Source: the human T2T-CHM13v2.0 reference genome, Homo sapiens. From it: a stretch of DNA of 64,000 nt. How positions within the stretch are numbered: position 1 is the stretch's first letter; the number at the start of each line of letters is the position of its first letter. Under the pieces are notes generated by a model. It was given only the letters and a program-made list of their open reading frames with translations. It did not search any database and had not been told where the DNA came from. The position numbers and the translations under genes were made by a program. Below are positions 1-16,025 of the stretch, piece after piece. Location of the stretch: the NCBI RefSeq assembly GCF_009914755.1, contig NC_060937.1; one strand, 5' to 3'.

Positions 1-2769
1 CAGAATATTTAAACATAAAAGTTAATGAGTTAACCATGAGAATAATAGCATAGAATTTTCCCTTTAATTTTTTATTACAATTTAACAAATTTTTTATTCG
101 AAGCAAATAATTTTTAATAAATGAGTACATCTGAAAAATAAAGCAGTCAAGCATTGCTTTTTAGCGTGAATACATACCTATTCTAAAAACTGCCCTATGT
201 TTGTTAAAATTGCAAAATAAATATTTTACAACCTGAAGATTATACATAAGAAAAGACTGAATAACATGATGGGGTCATGACTATGCTAAAATGTTGGCTG
301 AAAATAGTAAGAAAGAAAATTCTACATATGGTTAAGGTCTCAACAATCTCTTTTTAAAAGATGTTGGAAGAAGCCTGGAAGAAAATCCACTAAAGTGTTC
401 TTAATGGTTGCCTTCAAATGGTGGTGTCATGGTTGAATTTTTTCAGCTTTATGTTTCTATTTCCATATTTCATATAATCTGCATGCTTTATTTTTACAAT
501 CCTTAGGGGGAGTAAAACAAACTTTCCATGAAATTATAACATAGAAGTATTCATATTTCTATTTCATTAGAGATGATATTCACACACCAAAAATTTGCCA
601 GCTTTCTCTCCTTTTCTTTTTACTTGCTAATTTACTCTAATCTTACCAGGATTTTTTTTTTTTTTACTTCTTCTTAATCTCAATGAGAATTTTACTTTGA
701 AAGAAGGAGCTCTAACTTTTTTTTTCCTACTCTAAAACAGTGTTTGTACTTTTTTCTGGACTCCAAGTTGGATGCCTTCACCAAAGTGGTTTCAAAGACT
801 GGAACAAAAAAGCCTCCATCGAGGCCCTGGCTAGCACAGTCCCTGTTACTTTAAGAGTAGCATTCCACCTCCCCCTCACACCCACATACTTGTCCTCTCT
901 TTGCACAGCAAGTGCCAAGCAGTGACATCTACTATAGTTTCTAGGACACGATGGTCTCTGCTCTACAGGGAAAAAGAGCGAGCGGGACAGAAAGAAGGCG
1001 GGTGGTGAGGGAGAAGGAGCACAAGCCCAGCTATGTTCCCAGAGGAGGAGTCACTTCCTCGCAATAATCCTGAGATGCTGTTTATGGCTGTTCTGCTGAT
1101 ATGAAGCCTGGAGCCGCAGGATGCAGCCTCCCCCTGGCTGTCCATTAATCACGAGGGGCTGTTACAGAGTGTACAGAGTGGGAGTTCTGCCTACAAGTGG
1201 CCTCTAACTGTCTCCAGCTCAATGAAATGAACCTGTGTGAAAACTTGTTTTATGAGAGATTGGTTTATTTGTAACTAAACTACTTCCTCTGTTATTTGAT
1301 AAGCTCAAATATTTGCTACTGATAATCTGAGAGTGTCACATTTATTATCCTGTTTCAGCCGTTGCCTAACTCCTTTGGAACTGACTCCGTTAACTCTTTG
1401 AGGGACAGCAGTAGGTTTTAGAGGACCGGTTTCTATTTTCTTTCAGCAAAGCCAATGCTATCTTTCAGACACTGAGTCAGCATTATTTTAGAACAGCTAT
1501 GACATGTGAATCAAAAAGAAGCCTTTCTCTTCCAAAACAGAAAGCAGACAACCATAGTAACAGGAGGCTCTGATAAATTCCCTGGAGGTTCTGAAGCCAC
1601 CATGAAAAGGAAGGAAAGGTATTCTGACTTACTAATATAAAAATGGTTTTGCACGTGCTAGGATTTCTGAAATCACACATTTTCAATATGTTCAGGATGA
1701 CTTTCTATAGTTTGTTAGACCCTCAAATATCTATGTGGGGCATGATCTCTAAATCCGGCAGCATTCTGCATCTTGACACTTGGCCTTTTGGAGTCTGAGC
1801 TCATTTGCATTTGGCAGGACTTGATTTCCTGCTTTGACAGAACGGCGGTAAGGTGGTGGTGAAAGCCTTTACAGTGCTCCCTCGAAGGGCTCAAAGGACT
1901 TTCTGGATATATAAAATTATGTTTCCAAGAATTAAATGGACCAGAATGAGGCAGATTTTGTTTGAAACCAGGCTCTGTTACATGCAACACATCTGAAAAA
2001 CTTACTTACACTGAAGCATCTCTCTTGACAGACTCATACTGGGACTGTTTTTCAGTTCTCTCACTCTCCAATCGGCTACACAGAGCTCTCAGTGAATGTA
2101 GAAGAGGCTAAGGAAATAACCACTTACGTGTGGCAAAATGTTCCAGCCTTGCAGAGATTTTCCCAAAATCATTAGACCCACCAAAATGCTTTCCACTGGC
2201 CAGGTCCACACCTTCCTCGTCAGATTTTCCATACTCCTCCAGCCTCCAAGTACTGTCCATTTGTATTTCCTAAGAGAGCCAGTCATTTATAGCTGAAAAT
2301 GTAACCAAGTTTACTCTCATAAACCAGAGATCTCCTTGACTGTTAACCAGAAAAGAAAAATACTGCTTCTCCTAACTCATTTCAAGACGATCAGAATATG
2401 AAGATCCATACATACCTACTTTCCCCAAAAAAGGAGGTGAATTTGGGGCAGCTACATTTTAAGGGCATATAGAGATGAAAATATAGAGAGGAGGAGAGCC
2501 AGGCAAATCAGCTGCTCCATCATGGTGAGCCGGGAAGAGGTTAAGGGTTAATTGCATGTATCCCACCTCTGGTCTCTTTTAGACCCTGTTCTCAGCAGGT
2601 GGCTTTCCTGCCTCACTGCCCCAACTGCTTATCAGTGGAACAAAGACTGGCCCTGAGTAATGGCCTGAATTGTCATCTGCAGTAGATTTAGATTCAGAAA
2701 TAGTCAACTAATCATTTGAATAGATTTTGCTTTTTAGTTCTCTCATTCTTCATTTTTGTTTTTCATTTT

Positions 2770-3635
<866 letters not shown>

Positions 3636-3767
3636 AAAAAGTGGGCAAAGGACTTGAATAGACATGCCTTTAAAGAAGACATACAAATGGCCAACAAGTA
3701 TATGTAAAGATGCTCATTGTCAGTCATTATCAGGGAAATGCAAATCAGAAACCACAAGGAGCTATCA

Positions 3768-4196
<429 letters not shown>

Positions 4197-5509
4197 TCAA
4201 AAAATTAAAAATAGAACTACTATGTGATCCAGGAATCCCACTTCTGGGTATTTATTCTAAAAAACTGAAATGAGGATCTTGAAGAGATCTGTACTCCCAT
4301 GTTCTTTGTAGCGTCTTGGGGTTGTTTGTTTGTTTAGGAATTCAGTCCATGAAGACCTTACATGGTGTAAAAGTGAAGTGAAGTGAAGTGACGATGGGAT
4401 GAAAAAGGAATGGAATTTGATTCAGAGACCTAGGCTTAGTTGAAACTACAACCTTTATGGAAAGTCACATCCTTCTATTATAAGAATTAAATGAGCTAAC
4501 TCGGATAAGAGTTTTATAACCTGTAGAGCATTATACAAATTTTGTTGTCACTTGAATGAGCAAAACATTAATTCTGCTTATTCCTTCCCTTTCATAAAAT
4601 TAAAAAACAAAACACTCTAGAATTTGAGTTTTCTTGTTTTATCAATTCTGGATTAACTGAGTAATAACTAACTTTTCATATCTTTTTTTTACCGTTCAGA
4701 CACAACGGTATTTTACTGTTTTTTTTTTAAAGTGTACAACAAAGTATTCATATGTGTTTATATGCATTATATATTAATATATTATCTTGGATGAGTCTTT
4801 TAAAAATTCTGCCGCAACCTTATGTAATAAATTTATTTTCAAGGTAATTTAAAAAATGTTTCTGTATTAAAAACATATTTGATAATCACTATTACTTAAT
4901 CACTCACTCAGCCAGTGAGTCCCAAGTTTCAGGATAGAAAACTAATCAAGGTTGAAATCACTATAAAATGGAACAGAAAGTTCTGCTAATCAGGTTTTCT
5001 GGCATTACATTTCCACTGTTACCACCTGTGTTGGAAGGGAACAGGAGAGAAGGGAGCACAGTAAGTTAGTCTCCCAAGATGGTGCCATTTAATTCAGACT
5101 GTACTTTCTGCAGCTCTCTCGCGTCATCCATTTGATCACATTGCTTCTGTAGCTCACCATACCAAGTCAGTTCAGTAGCACAACAATGCTCATGGAACGT
5201 CAGGAGCCCTTGGTGGTGTAAACTATGTACAGCTGAAGTTAATTTTCTGCACACGCTCATGTTACTTGTTCACTTGGTAGTTCCTTCCAAGGGCTTCTAG
5301 CCATCCCTTGATTTCTTTTGCTCACAGTGTCTGATATATATTAGATACTCATAGAGGTTGTTTAGTTGTTGTAGTTACTCTTATATTTAACCTCATATTC
5401 ATTTCTTTAGGATAAACCTGGCCTGTCTCAATTCTGGTGCTCCCCACATATGTGTTCTTTCTGGTCCATGATTATGGAGACTCAGGTTAATTGTTAAAAT
5501 TTGGCAATA

Positions 5510-5665
5510 AACTTGACCTAGATTTGAATACTGGCTTTTCAATCTATAGCTCTGTGACCCTGAATAAGTTACTTAATCTCGTTGAGCTTTGAGTTCTTCA
5601 TCTATAAAATGGGAATGACACCACCAATTGCAAATGTTTTGTGAAATTTTATGTAATGAGGTGTA
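5510..5665 (+). mobile_element. MIR fragment
   Basis: TGTGACCCTGAATAAGTTACTTAATCTC...TCATCTATAAAATGGG core. Confidence 0.7.
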
Positions 5666-6451
5666 AGTCTCTATTTTTTCCTTCTTTCTGAAATACATAT
5701 CTTTTAATTAAAAAAAACAGATATTACAAAGAATGACACAAGATTCTGATTAAGATGAAATGGGAGATTTGAAAGAAGTTTTATACATGCTTTGGACATT
5801 CCTGAACTACATCTTCAGAGTGCTACAGATTCATTTTTATTTTCCTCTGCTATTTATTTCAAGGGAAATTTGGGGGAGCACTATATATATATTATTTGGG
5901 ATTTTTACCAACTGCAAGTGATGGAAACCTCAACTGAAACTTGAATTAAGTAGAAATGTGACTTGATGGTTCATATTGCCAAAGGTAGAATTCAGGCATA
6001 GCTGGCTCCAGAGTTTAAATGACAGCATACAGTAAGATCTTAATAAATCCTATTACTTTTGCTTAACAATCTTTTCATTTGCTATTTCTCCAATATAGAT
6101 CAACTTATTCTCTCTCTCTCTCTCTCTCCTCAGACTATGTTTTCACTAAGAAAGTCCTCTAGTGTACTTAGTCCTCTAAGTGTACACGTAATCTTAGCAA
6201 CTCTGATTCCCAGATGTCATCTTTTTCAAGTTTGGTTTGAATCCAAACTTTCCCCTACATGGTCCTGCTTGTTCCATTCTCACCATACTAGCACGAATTT
6301 AAAAGCACATGAAAGTGTTGGAGAGAACATTTGTTAACAGAATTGTCACTGAACTATTTATCTATGTGCGAGGTATAAGTCTCAAGCTTTAATCAAGAAA
6401 TTTATAAGGAGCCGAGATTCTTGTTTTTCTCTCTTTTCTGTTTTATCCTTA

Positions 6452-6810
<359 letters not shown>

Positions 6811-7164
6811 TTAAAATTTTAAAAATGATCACTGTCTTAAAACATTATCTCATCTGATCCAAAATATTTCATCTAAAGAAATTTGCATATATTTACTAAC
6901 ATCACCTCTGCATTTCTCTGACTTTAGAATGAGTTTCCCAAGGCCACAGATAATGTCTTATTTATTTTTATATTTATTCCTAAAAGTCAGCACAGTAGCT
7001 GGTATTTAATGGAAGATCACAGAATGTCAACACATTTTATTTTACCCCAAATCATAAATAATAATTTTGATCAAGTTTAGTCACAAATTTCCGAAAGTAA
7101 TTTTCTAAAAGGATCTCTTTTAATTGTGTAAAATGTATAATTTAAAATTCGGAATGTGAAAATA

Positions 7165-7370
7165 CAGAACCTTTTTTTGTAAAGAGCATAGTAGTAAATA
7201 TTTTGGCCTTATAGGCTATGCAGTCTGTTCAACTACCCAACTCTGTGGTTGTAGTGTGAAAACAGCCATAAGCAATATATAAGTGAATAAGTGTTACTGC
7301 ATTTTAGCAGAACTTTATTTACGAAAACAGGCTAGATTTGGCCAAGGTTCATAGTTTCCTGACCACAGTT
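7165..7370. mobile_element. MER58A-like hAT-Charlie DNA transposon fossil
   Basis: TTTTTGTAAAG...GTAAATATTTTGGCCTTATAGGC...ACTTTATTTACGAAAACAGG...ATAGTTTCCTGACC resembles MER58 consensus. Confidence 0.65.
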
Positions 7371-9937
7371 CTTAAACATAGCAAAAGGTATACAAGGTAA
7401 ACTCACATTTTCTAGATGACCAATCACCCAGGTTTCCAGGACAAGGAAATGTTTGTTAGTTTAAGAAGCAGGGCAATCCTAGACAAACTGGATTAGTTGG
7501 TTACTTTACTTTTTCCTAGATTCTAATATCATTTGTTCATTCAATAATTCATTTAACACTGAGGGTCTATCAACATTCAACAAACGCAAAGTTTCAAATT
7601 AAAACAAAAGCACTTACATGTTCTGCCATTATCAGACAATTATATGACATGTTATTTTGCAGCCAATTGTAAAAGGCATTTTTTTACTTTATTATTAATT
7701 TTAAATTTAGACATACCTTAAAATGGACATACTATAGTAAACATCAACATAAAACAAGATAATGGAATATTATTCAAATAAAAAGATACAATATAGCAAT
7801 ATAAACTTTTTTGAATTTATGTCCTATAGAAGTTCTTAATCTATTTCACCAACACATTTTGTTCAGGAACTAAGTGATTTCTTCCTGTAATAAAAATCCC
7901 AAATTAAACTCCTTTAAAAGCCAGAAATTTAAAAAGGTTGGCAAATGTGCCTAGGAAAATCCCACTGACTTCATGATTCATCATTTGTATTGAAAATTAG
8001 AAGGTGAGAAAATTGAGAGGAAAAAAAATTCTCACTAATAAGGATTTTAAAAAATGATTCATTTCTTAAACTTTCTCAGAGAAGCAAATTATAGCCAAAT
8101 TATAGGTCTGACAAATCACAATTAAGACATAAGAGGAATTATGGGGGTTGAGAGGCAAGGAAGGCCATGTTTCAACTTAAATATCAATTTCATTTAGCAC
8201 CACCAAGATTAGCTCTTTCCTGCTACAAATTCTTTTAGTTTCTTAAGTCACTATTTAATGAAAAGGGAAATGGAATATTAGAGCCTGCATATATAAATCA
8301 AATGGGATTAAACATGGGAAGAAATGCATATAAAACATTAAGGAATGATCATACAAAAACATGGATAATATTTTTACCTGGAACATAGAAGGGAGGCTTC
8401 AAGTCCAACAATCAGGGAAACAATATGTGCATACATTTCACTTTGCAATTTGAGAACTTCCAGAGAGTTCCTGAAACTGTCATTGCCTGAATGGTATTTA
8501 TTTTACAATAATTTTAACATTTGGAATAGAAAACAACACCGATTTTCAATTTCAGCATTGTATGGTGAAAATACAGTTTAAAAGGTCTGTTTTCTAGAGT
8601 ATTTTGACAATGAAATGAATGACCTTAAAAATAAATGTTTAGCTGATGATTAAGACCATATTTTGTCTTACTACTTTCAATTTTGTTGCATATTTTATGG
8701 AAATGTCAAAGGAGAGCCATACTTTTTCTCAAATAATTCAAGCATAACCACAAAATAACCTTTAAACTGAAGAGCATTTTTATTTTATTTCATTGCATGT
8801 ATTGAACAGATACTGTGTATGAAACTGGACACTTTAGGTGTGTACTAAATCAGGGCAAGGAGGATTTGGATTTTTGCTTTAGAATTTTAATTGCATTCAT
8901 TTGCAATTCGGTAGAGGAAGTAAACAGCATACTAGTAACATTCATCAACGAGAATAGGGTAAAAAGTGATTTCAATAGAGTCTGTCTGCGTGAGCCTAAT
9001 CAAATGAGGCCCGCAGTGTTAATACTCACTCCCATTCTCTCAGTCATAACAGTTCATTCATGAAAATCTTTATAATCATTTTATTAGCCATTCTTGTCAG
9101 AGGTCTAGTAACTTTAATTTAAGAGTCTTTGACTGTGGAAAAAAATGGAAGAATAAAAATGCGAAGGGGGCACTTGTGGTCTGAACGTAGACCATGCAGT
9201 TAAGCACATCCCCCTTCTCCTGCTGGAGAACATCCAAAAGCAACAAGGAGAAAGGGAAACAAAAATGCAAACTTCATTTTCAGCAGAAGTAGAAGACAGC
9301 TAAACCCCCCCAGAGCCCAAAATAGGTGTAAGGGCTGCCAAAAGCAGTGGAGACTAAGCAGAGGAGAGCAAGACTCATGTGGGAGGAAGCCCAGAGAACA
9401 TGCCACAGAGTGAATTCCATAGCAGCAGGCAGAGGGCCAGCTTCTGAGATAGGAGAGAGCGAGCAAAATTCAGCTCTGCGAAGCGAGGGGCCCAGTCTGT
9501 TGTTAGATCTAGATCTTCCTTTGCAATGCAGGATTGGGGCACTTGTGTTGGCCCCAGAAGCAACCCTGGACCTGAGTTGATTTTTAGACAAAGAAGAAGG
9601 AAATCTAAATAAGGAATCACACACACACCAGCATATATACAAGGAAGCACATGGTTCAGGATAGTCTCTGCACTGTCTTGCATCTACCTACACCCAGCTG
9701 GCTGGAGAGAAGTAGTAGCTACATAAACCAATGTGCAGAAATCCTGCTAACCTGTAACACAGCTCTGGTTCCTCCTTTACATCTGAAACTCCCGTAGTAG
9801 TTGGTCCAGAAAAACACGCCTTTTTCAATGATGAGTTCAAAAGGAAAAACAAGAATGGGATCTATAAAGAGATACTAGCAGGAAAAAAAAAAAAAAGAGG
9901 AAATAATAAAAATTGAACAGCTAATACCCTGGAGGCC

Positions 9938-10160
9938 GCATAGCATAATTATTAATACAATAGAGTCTGGAAGCAGACTACCCAGTTACAAATCTCTAGA
10001 GAAAGTTAATTAACACCTCTGTGCCTCAGTTTCCTCAGTTTGTAAAATAGAGTTCAAGGGAATATCTACTGCATGGGGTTGTTAGGATGACTAAATGAAC
10101 TCATGTTTGTAAAATGCTTAGAATAATGCCAGGTACAGAGTAAGTTCTATATAAATGTTA
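9938..10160 (+). mobile_element. MIR
   Basis: CTCTGTGCCTCAGTTTCCTC...TGTAAAATGCTTAGAATAATGCCAGGTACAGAGTAAG. Confidence 0.75.
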
Positions 10161-10378
10161 ATTTTAAAATATGTAAATTGTGACTAAACATTTATCTTTA
10201 TTGTGAAAAAACATTGGTCTTTATTTTTAAAAATATTTTAGTGGTGAGGTATTAAATGGTCTATGACAAGATGCCAAGCAGAAATACAACAATTAATGCA
10301 AATAATTGAAGAAATGAAAAGCTAGCATTGCTCAGAAAAATGGTGGGGAAAAACATCTCAAAAATAAAGGCAACACTA

Positions 10379-10665
<287 letters not shown>

Positions 10666-11458
10666 AAAAGGTAACACTAGACAGATAATAAGGGAGAATG
10701 GACACTGTAAAATAAAGTAGGTACACAAAGTGTGTAAATGATGAAAGTGACAAAATAAAATTGAAATAAGAGAAAATTTCCAAAAGAATTGTAAATAAAA
10801 TGACAACTATAGAAAACAGTCAAAAGAAATACAACACAGACTTTAGAGTTCTTTACTCAAAGCATAAAACTAAAATAATGCAACAGAAGAAACATTTCAA
10901 AGTGTAATTAAAGAATAAGTTCCTGAAATATGATTTCAAATCATTTGAACCTATTATTTGAAGACATGCATAATATATCAGGGAAAAATTACTCACTGTT
11001 GTCAACAGTGAGATATATCCTCATTAGTAACAAATGTTGAAGATAAAGCCTTTCATGGATAGCTGGCCAGAGGATTGGGATACTTATGAGGGGGAAATAT
11101 AAGGCTAAATATACTTTTCTACGATATCATTCAGTACTGTAAGAGCGGCCCCAGCAAAATATTTTGCAAATAAAAAGTACAACCCAAAGATTTTATGCCC
11201 AGCTAACTTGCTATTTGAATATAAAAGTAACAAACTATATTTCTCATCTAATAACTCAGGCAATATGTAGAATCAAGACTAGAGAACCAAAAGGAAACTT
11301 TGGAAAAAGACTGGTGGTAGTAGTGAGAACTTTATGTCCCCATGCAATGAAGACCAAAGCAAATGTAGACATTAGGGTGACGGAACAAAGGTAAACTGTG
11401 GGTGTATGTGTGTGTGGGTGTGGGTGTATATAGTTTGACTAATAAAAATATGGAAGGT

Positions 11459-11670
11459 GGCCGAGCACGGTGGCTCATGTTTGTAAACTCAGCACTTTGG
11501 GAGGCCAAGGCAGGCAGATCACCTGAGGTCAGGAATTTGAGACCAGTCTGGCCAACATGGTGAAACCCTGTTTCAAGAATCACTTGAATCTGGGACGTGG
11601 AGGTTGCAGTGAGCCGAGCTTGCACCACCAGTGCACTTCAGCCTGGGTGACAGAGTGAGACTTTGTCTAA
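11459..11670 (+). mobile_element. Alu with internal deletion
   Basis: AAACCCTGTTTC joined directly to AAGAATCACTTGAA; linker and start of right arm missing. Confidence 0.9.
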
Positions 11671-11671
<1 letters not shown>

Positions 11672-11729
<58 letters not shown>

Positions 11730-11812
11730 GTATATATATATATATATTTATGTGTATATATATATATTTATGTATATATATATATTTATGTATATATATG
11801 TCTATATATATG
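11672..11812. repeat. (TG)n(TA)n compound microsatellite
   Basis: Read directly; occupies the Alu tail position. Confidence 0.95.
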
Positions 11813-12727
11813 TGGAAGAAAAAAGAGAAAAACAGCAGAAAGTAAAGAATGCTGATTTCTCATCTATATTGATCAGAAATCAAAGAATATTATTTAGATT
11901 TAACAAACCAAGTAATAACATTGTAATTGTATTTAATGAACAAATGAAAACACTAAGAAAATTTATGTACTTTACTAAAATAGCATGATGGAGAAAATAA
12001 AGGAAGAGAAGGAAGATAGCAAAGTATATTATTTTCATCATTATCCATAGTAGGAAAGTAATAAATACTGTCCATGTAAATTAAGGCCTAAGGGTATAAT
12101 ATAGAGTAATAATTACAAAGGTAACTACTACAAAATAATTATATAAAATTTAAGAAAAAATTATATTCCTCCTAGAAAACAGAGAAAAGAAAAAGCTCAA
12201 GTTTAGAGATTTTAAAAAGCAAATAAAATAGAAAATATGGCATAAAATTATGCCAAACTTAATCTAAGCCCATTTTTATTGCATTAAACTAACATTAAAA
12301 ATTGTTTAAAAGGCTTTCATGTTGGAGCATAAAACAAAGCTCAAGAGATACACCAAAAACAGAAAGGTTTTCAGAAATTTTGAAAGCAAACAAAATATAA
12401 ATGCTGGGTAAAGGAAGTCTCTAAGAATGCCTACAGCACAATCTCCTTTATAAGAAATTCAAGGTAAGTAACATAGTGTTTTGGTAACCTTCACTGGGGA
12501 CTAAAGTCTTTGATCAAAAAGGCAGGCTAGTGGCACCTCTGAAGGAAGGTGAGGGAGTGGACTCTGGAGGAGCTGAGAGAACTCAAAAGGGCTGGCTTGT
12601 TCTGAATTTAGTGTAAAAAGATGTCCTCATTCTGGAAGACATTTCTTTTTCAGTAGAGAAGTCTCTTTTCTAAATACAGACTGACTATGGTATACCTGAA
12701 ACTCATTAGTGTTTATTTTGGCAGGGG

Positions 12728-12754
<27 letters not shown>
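12728..12754. repeat. (TG)n microsatellite
   Basis: Read directly. Confidence 0.95.
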
Positions 12755-12760
<6 letters not shown>

Positions 12761-14755
12761 TATTAAGCTATTCTCCAAAAAAGACTAGGTGCTAAGGCCT
12801 AAAAGAGTACAAAGTAGGTACAGAGATGGTATCTTCAATTCATGTTTAGGTTGTAGATGCTGAGATTTGTACCTACTGAAAACCAACCTGAACTGGACAA
12901 TTCATGTGCCTTGTACAACATTATTCAAAACTGAATAAGACAGATTTAAAAAATCATACTCTCAAATTTTTCTCAGATATATATTATGAACTGAAGTTCA
13001 GGTGACTTCCTGAGGATAAATTTAGTGCTATATTTAGGATACTGGGCCCTTGGGTAGCTAGCTGGAGCACCAATTTTTAAGGTGGGCTAAACCATCAATA
13101 AAACAAATAGAAAAAGGTTTCATCACGTTATGCAGTTCCTTCCAGGACCAATGAAGGAGATTTTCTTGCTCCTGACAAAACAGATGTCAATCATGAGTGA
13201 GAAGGTATTTTAAGTTTCTTGCCTATAATGTCAAATACATAAGAATATTATTTTATATTTAAACTATATATTAATTTCCTCCTTTGAACTTAACAAGATA
13301 CTTAGTCTTTTTATTAATTAAAAAAAAAGTCCCTATTAAATAAGTGTGGAATACTTAAAAATAGCAGTTTGTAGCCTAGCCAAAATTTTTGCTTTTTGGG
13401 AGTCCAGCCAGAATTTTAGCTTGTTGAGAGTACTGCACGGCTGCATGGGATTCTGGTAGGGGTGAAGGTTTCCTCCTAAAGAAATTAGCATGCCCTCTGT
13501 CAATCATCCTGGGAAGAGTGAATTCCTGATGGGGAGGGTAACCTCTAATAACAGGTGTTAGCTGAGAGTGAGAGAAAACTACTTCCCCACTTCTACCAAC
13601 TTGTAATGAGATGGCTTCTCTGGTACAGAGCCAGGCACAAGTGTCAATCCTGGGGAGTACTGACCCCTTCCACGTAACAGTGGACCGAGAAGAATGCCCA
13701 AAAGAGGACCTCTGTGGGGTCTGAGGACTGTGGATTCTAGGAGCAACTGAAGCTAGCATTGAGTGTTAAGTTTTCTGTTTATCTCAGGCCTTTAGTGATT
13801 GTATGAATATTATAACAATGTCTCAGCTCTTGCTACAGTGAATTATGGAAGGAATCTCTGCCTAAGCTTGGGTACTGTGGTCTAGGGTAGAAGAGAGAAG
13901 CAGGAGGGAAACTGGGTCTCCAGATGTCAATAAGTTGCCTTCCAAAGACGAGCAGAGGTCCTGACCTATGTGAAAAGGAATACAGCCACAATTTGAACCC
14001 AAACAATAAGACTGCAAAGCTCCTTCTCTGAATCTCTGTTCTCTACTTCTTCTGAAATTGGCAAAGATTGTATTCCCAAGTAAAATGGAATGTCAGATCC
14101 ACTACAGAGATCTGATCAGTAGAGCAAAGTGTGACATTACAGGCATGTGAGAGGAAAATAGAAGAAAAAACCAAGTCTCAGAGAAATTAAATAACTGGCC
14201 CAAACTTGCAAGAATTTGAAGCCAGGCCTGTTGGACTTCAAAGCCCATGCTCTTAATAATTTCAACAAATAATATCTTCACCCATCTCACTCACAGGGGT
14301 GTTGTAAAAATCAGACAAGGGCGATTTAAAATGCACTTAAATAACTATACAATGTGATATAAATATGTGCTGTATAAATTATATTATACAGCTACAACCT
14401 GCTGGGCTTCACTGTAGAGAGAAAGAGAAGATAACTAAATCAGAGTAGGTACAAATCGGTCAGAATGCAGTTGAAGTTTTCCTCTTCCTGCCTTCTTGAG
14501 GACAGAAACATTTTCAGTGCCAAACAATTCCCCAAAGGTCAGCAAATTCATTTAAGGTCCTATGTCTTCCCTGCTCCCCTGCCCCAAACCTCCTTGCCTC
14601 TCAAAATCACATTCACATGATGAAAACTACTTCAAATCTCACCTCTCCTGGAAAACTTTTATTTTGATTTTTTAAACTTATTTTTTTAATTGACAAATAA
14701 AAAAATGTATACAGTTATGGTGTAAAACATGTTTTGGTAAATGTATGCATTATGA

Positions 14756-15113
<358 letters not shown>

Positions 15114-15219
15114 TCCTACAAACTTATTTTTTGTGTATAGTGAGAACACTGAAAATCTGCTCTCTTAGCAATTTTCAATTATACCATGTATCGTAATTGA
15201 CTATAGCCACCACGACATA

Positions 15220-15607
15220 TGTATTAGTCTGTTTTCATGCTGCTATAAAGAAATATCTGAGACTGGGTAATTTATAAAGAAAAGAGGTTTAACTGACTCA
15301 CAGTTCCACATAGCTGGAGAGGCCTCAGGAAACTTACAGTCATGGCAGAAGGTGAAGAGGAAGCAAGGACCTTCTTCAAATAGTGGCAGGAGAGAGTAGA
15401 ATGAAGGAGCAGGGAAAACTGCCTTATAAAACCATCGGATCCTGTGAGAACTCACTCACTAGTACTAGAATAGCATGGGGGAAACCGCCCTCATGATCCA
15501 GTCACCTCCTACACTTGACACAGGGGGATTACAGATCCCTCCCTTGACACATGGGGATTACAGTTTGAGATGAGATTTGGGTGGGGACACAGAGCCAAAC
15601 CATATCA
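15220..15607 (-). mobile_element. THE1/MSTA-type MaLR solo LTR
   Basis: TGTATTAGTC...CCAAACCATATCA termini; 5-bp TSD ACATA. Confidence 0.9.
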
Positions 15608-16025
15608 ACATATACTCGATCTCTTGAAATTATTCCACCTAACTAAATTTTGTGTCTTTCAACCAACATCCCTCTTCCTCCCAACCCGCAGCCTCTGGTA
15701 ACTGCCTTCTACTTCTGTTCCTATAAGTTTGACTTTTGTATATTACACATACAGCTATAAGTGAGATGAGGCAGAATTTATCTTTCTGCGACTCCAGAGA
15801 TTAAATGACTGTGCTACCACTCTGCTGATTCCTACCTCTAATCTCATGTATTGTGATGTCCCTTTTCTTTTTCCCTCCACTAAACTATACACTCTTTTGA
15901 GGACAGAGACCAAGTCTTCTTCTTCATTAAACAGCCAGGCCAGAACAATGCTTCAAAAACCTATTAGACATTTAATCATGGTTGAACAGACACATGGCTT
16001 TGTCTAAACTATCTGAGCATATGTG

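Noticed and set aside
4371-4390. (AAGTG)4 resembling IRF sites
   Set aside because: Pentamer spacing does not match the (AAGTGA)n or ISRE pattern; simple short repeat
5066-5260. 64-aa minus-strand ORF with helical-looking end
   Set aside because: No recognisable homology or splice context; length expected by chance
9200-9683. Four overlapping ORFs of 77-120 aa
   Set aside because: No recognisable domain; GC-richer patch upstream of decayed L1 ORF1 sequence, possibly old L1 5' region
11631-11988. Long YI/CV-repeat ORFs, and similar ORFs at 25840, 40962, 47302 and 63657
   Set aside because: Translations of microsatellites; the many Alu-derived ORFs are likewise artefacts
13376-13759. 127-aa minus-strand ORF
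   Set aside because: No recognisable motif or supporting exon structure
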